Assembly (NCBI GenBank): GCA_964016885.1
Contig: OZ024749.1
Span: forward strand, 13,144,001 to 13,208,000
Reading direction: 5' to 3'
DNA length: 64,000 bases
Source: Eledone cirrhosa
Lineage: Eukaryota
Below the pieces are notes generated by a model that was not told the DNA's origin, did no database searches, and worked only from the letters and a program-made list of their open reading frames with translations. Below, piece by piece: positions 61,594 through 64,000 of the stretch (the stretch's first letter is position 1; each line of letters starts with the position of its first letter). Position numbers and translations under genes: made by a program.

Positions 61594-63860
61594 CTATTGG
61601 GGTGATAACCCGTTTAGTTTTGGTTTAAATTTGTTAAGGAATAGATTTTCTTTGTTTATTCTTTGTTGCTGTGTGAACGAATCTGAGCACTTGTAGAAGG
61701 GGAAGATTTTAAAGTTGGGTAGTGTCATTCCTGCGCAGTTCGCAATATGGCTGCTCAAGGGGATTTTTCTTGTGTTAGCGTCCCGGATTTGTTGGCGGTG
61801 GATGGTCATTCTTTTGCGTATTGAGGTGCCCGTCTGTCCTATGTAGTTGTGTTTGCACCCACCGCAAGTTATTGCGTAAATCAAGTTCTCCGAGTTGCAG
61901 GTGAAATTGTTTTTTACTGTAAATGTTTGGCCATCTTTGAATGTAAATGTTTGTTCTTCAGTGAGGTAGAGGCACGTTCCACAGTTTGTTCTACCACATT
62001 TGGTAACTGTAGGGTTGAGGATTGGTTTGGGTATATTTGGTCCAGTGAGAATGCGTTTAAGTGATTTGGGTTGTCTTTTACTTTTAAGGATCTTGTGTGT
62101 TTCAAGAATAGACTTCATTTTTACATCTTTAAGTAGGATGGGGAGGTTTTTTTGTAGGTGATCAAACATTTCGGTATTTCTGGGGTTGAAAGTGGATACA
62201 TATGGCAGGGTGTTGAGTGTGGTTTTCTGTTTTGGATTGTTAAGTTGATGGGGATTTAGGTGTTTTGCCCTGTCTATTCCATTGTTGATTATTTCAAGTG
62301 GAAAGGCTCTTAAGATAAGGGTGTCTTTTAGTTCCTTTAGTCTTTGCTCCCGTTTAGGTGGATCTGATACTATGGTACATATACGTTTGGCCAAATTGTA
62401 AGGAATGTTAAGTTTTGTATGTTTTGGGTGACTTGATGTGAAAAAGAGGTATTGCTTGGAATCTGTGGGTTTATAGAATATATCTGTATCTAATTTCCCG
62501 TCTATTACAGAGATGAGAATATCCAAGAAGGCTAATTCCTTAGGATTAGATTCCATTGTGAATTGTATGTTATTATCTATGTTGTTTATCATGTTTTTAA
62601 ACGTAGTAAGTGAGTTCATGTCTTCTTGCCATAGGATAAAGCAGTCATCTAGATATCTTTTCCAATTGGCTTTGAGGTGTGTGTGGAAAGAGTCTCCAAA
62701 TAAGAGAAGGGATTGACTGTATATTTGTTGTTCATGGAATCCCATGACTAGGTTGGCATATGTGGGTGCTACTTTCGTGCCCATTGCCGTACCTGATACT
62801 TGTCTGTATGTTGAACCATTGAATGTGAAGTAGTTATTTTGTAGGATAAAGCGGAGTCCGTCAGTGATAAAATCTGTGTTGATGCGTGTCGGTATTTCTG
62901 ATGGGTGTGTATTAAGCCAGTATTGGACTGCTGTTATTCCATAGTTGTGAGGTATGTTTGTGTAGAGGTTTATTACGTCAAAGGAGACAAGAATTGTATT
63001 TGCACTTACTGTTTTAGGGAGGTGTTTCAGCATGTCAAGGTCATCTCGTATGTAGCTCTGTATATGTTGTAGAAAGGGTTTCAGTAGGATGTCCAGAAAG
63101 TTGCTAAGTCTGTGGGTTTCACATGTAGGGCCTGCTATAATTGGCCTGAGTTTTAGGTCTTCTGGTGGTGTTAGTTCAATGTAATTGTTGGTTGAGGTGT
63201 CACACGCATCGTTTATGGGTTTACATTTGTGGAGTTTCGGTAAGCCGTAAAAAGAGCTTGTATTGCATTTGAAGTGGCTTATATAGTTAAACTCTTTTGT
63301 GGTTAAGCTGTTGCGGTATTTATTCAGTAAGGTCAAAAGGTTCCCCATTGTTTTGGTGTGTTTGTAGTTTTCTGTTTTTTTCATAGTATGTGTTGTTTTC
63401 TAAAATGTTAAGTGCGAGGGTCCTATAGTAGTCCGTATTCATAATGACAACAGTACTGCCTTTATCGGCTTCTTTGATAGTTATCTCAGGGTTGTTTCTA
63501 AGTGTGAATAATTCTTCCCATTCGTGTGTAGATAGGTTTGATTTCGTGTGTTTATTTGTAATTTTTTCATAGGGAAAGTTGGTGATGTGTTCGCAGTACG
63601 TGTCCAGTGCTTTATTTCTTCCCTTTTGTGGGCAGAAATTGCTTTTATTTCTAACCAGTGATTCGTCTTCAGTGTTGGTGTCGTTGTGGAAGAATTCCGT
63701 TAGTCGCAGCTTTCGGCAGTATTCCATGATGTCATCCTTCATTTCGGGGAAGTTTGGTTTACGTGGTGTAGGTGTAAATTTCAGGCCCTTACTTAAAATG
63801 TTGATTTGTGTGTTGGTTAGAGGTTTCTTTGAGAGGTTGATTATTTTTAGTTTCTCCTGA
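61594..63860 (-). mobile_element. Penelope-like element, Neptune-type ORF (RT, Cys-rich linker, GIY-YIG) with a single frameshift
   Basis: INLS..LT..ILSKGLKFTPTP, IKEADKG, FYGLPKLHK, LRPIIAG, LVSFDVINLYTNIP, YRQVSGTAMGTKVAPTYANL, WKRYLDDCF, FLDI, CGRTNCGTC, NLIYAITC..C..NYIGQT. The frame switches in an A7 run at about 63375-63381. Confidence 0.93.
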
Positions 63861-63939
63861 GGGGGGGGGGGGGGGCCATCGAGTATCCTGGTATTTCAGG
63901 CTTTTCCCTAAATATATGTATACAGACGTACAGTAGCAT

Positions 63940-64000
<61 letters not shown>

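Overview
This is AT-rich eukaryotic repeat DNA. The microsatellite density and the tRNA-derived SINE families resemble an octopus/cephalopod genome (inference). I can support no host gene, and almost all ORFs in the track are translations of microsatellites. The real coding remnants are all retroelements: a CR1-like LINE (38.7-41.0 kb), an RTE-like LINE (41.7-42.75 kb), an R4/Dong-type LINE with a restriction-like endonuclease (43.4-45.7 kb), a nearly intact Neptune-type Penelope-like element (PLE; 61.3-63.9 kb) and two Naiad-like PLE GIY-YIG fragments (36.5 and 52.0 kb). The main unannotated signal is a dense set of type I hammerhead ribozyme (HHR) motifs, about 16 copies from roughly 9 sequence families. 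All lie in non-coding segments inserted into (TA)n, and many sit in fold-back (tail-to-tail inverted) structures. Several carry the compensatory U3-A8 core variant (UUGANAA) and palindromic stem III. One non-coding 591-bp tandem unit with one HHR per monomer (54.0-55.2 kb) looks like a retrozyme or circRNA-producing element. The window also holds a 5.4-kb pentanucleotide satellite with a 954-bp higher-order repeat, plus hAT and Tc1/mariner MITEs. HHR folds were read by eye and not computed.
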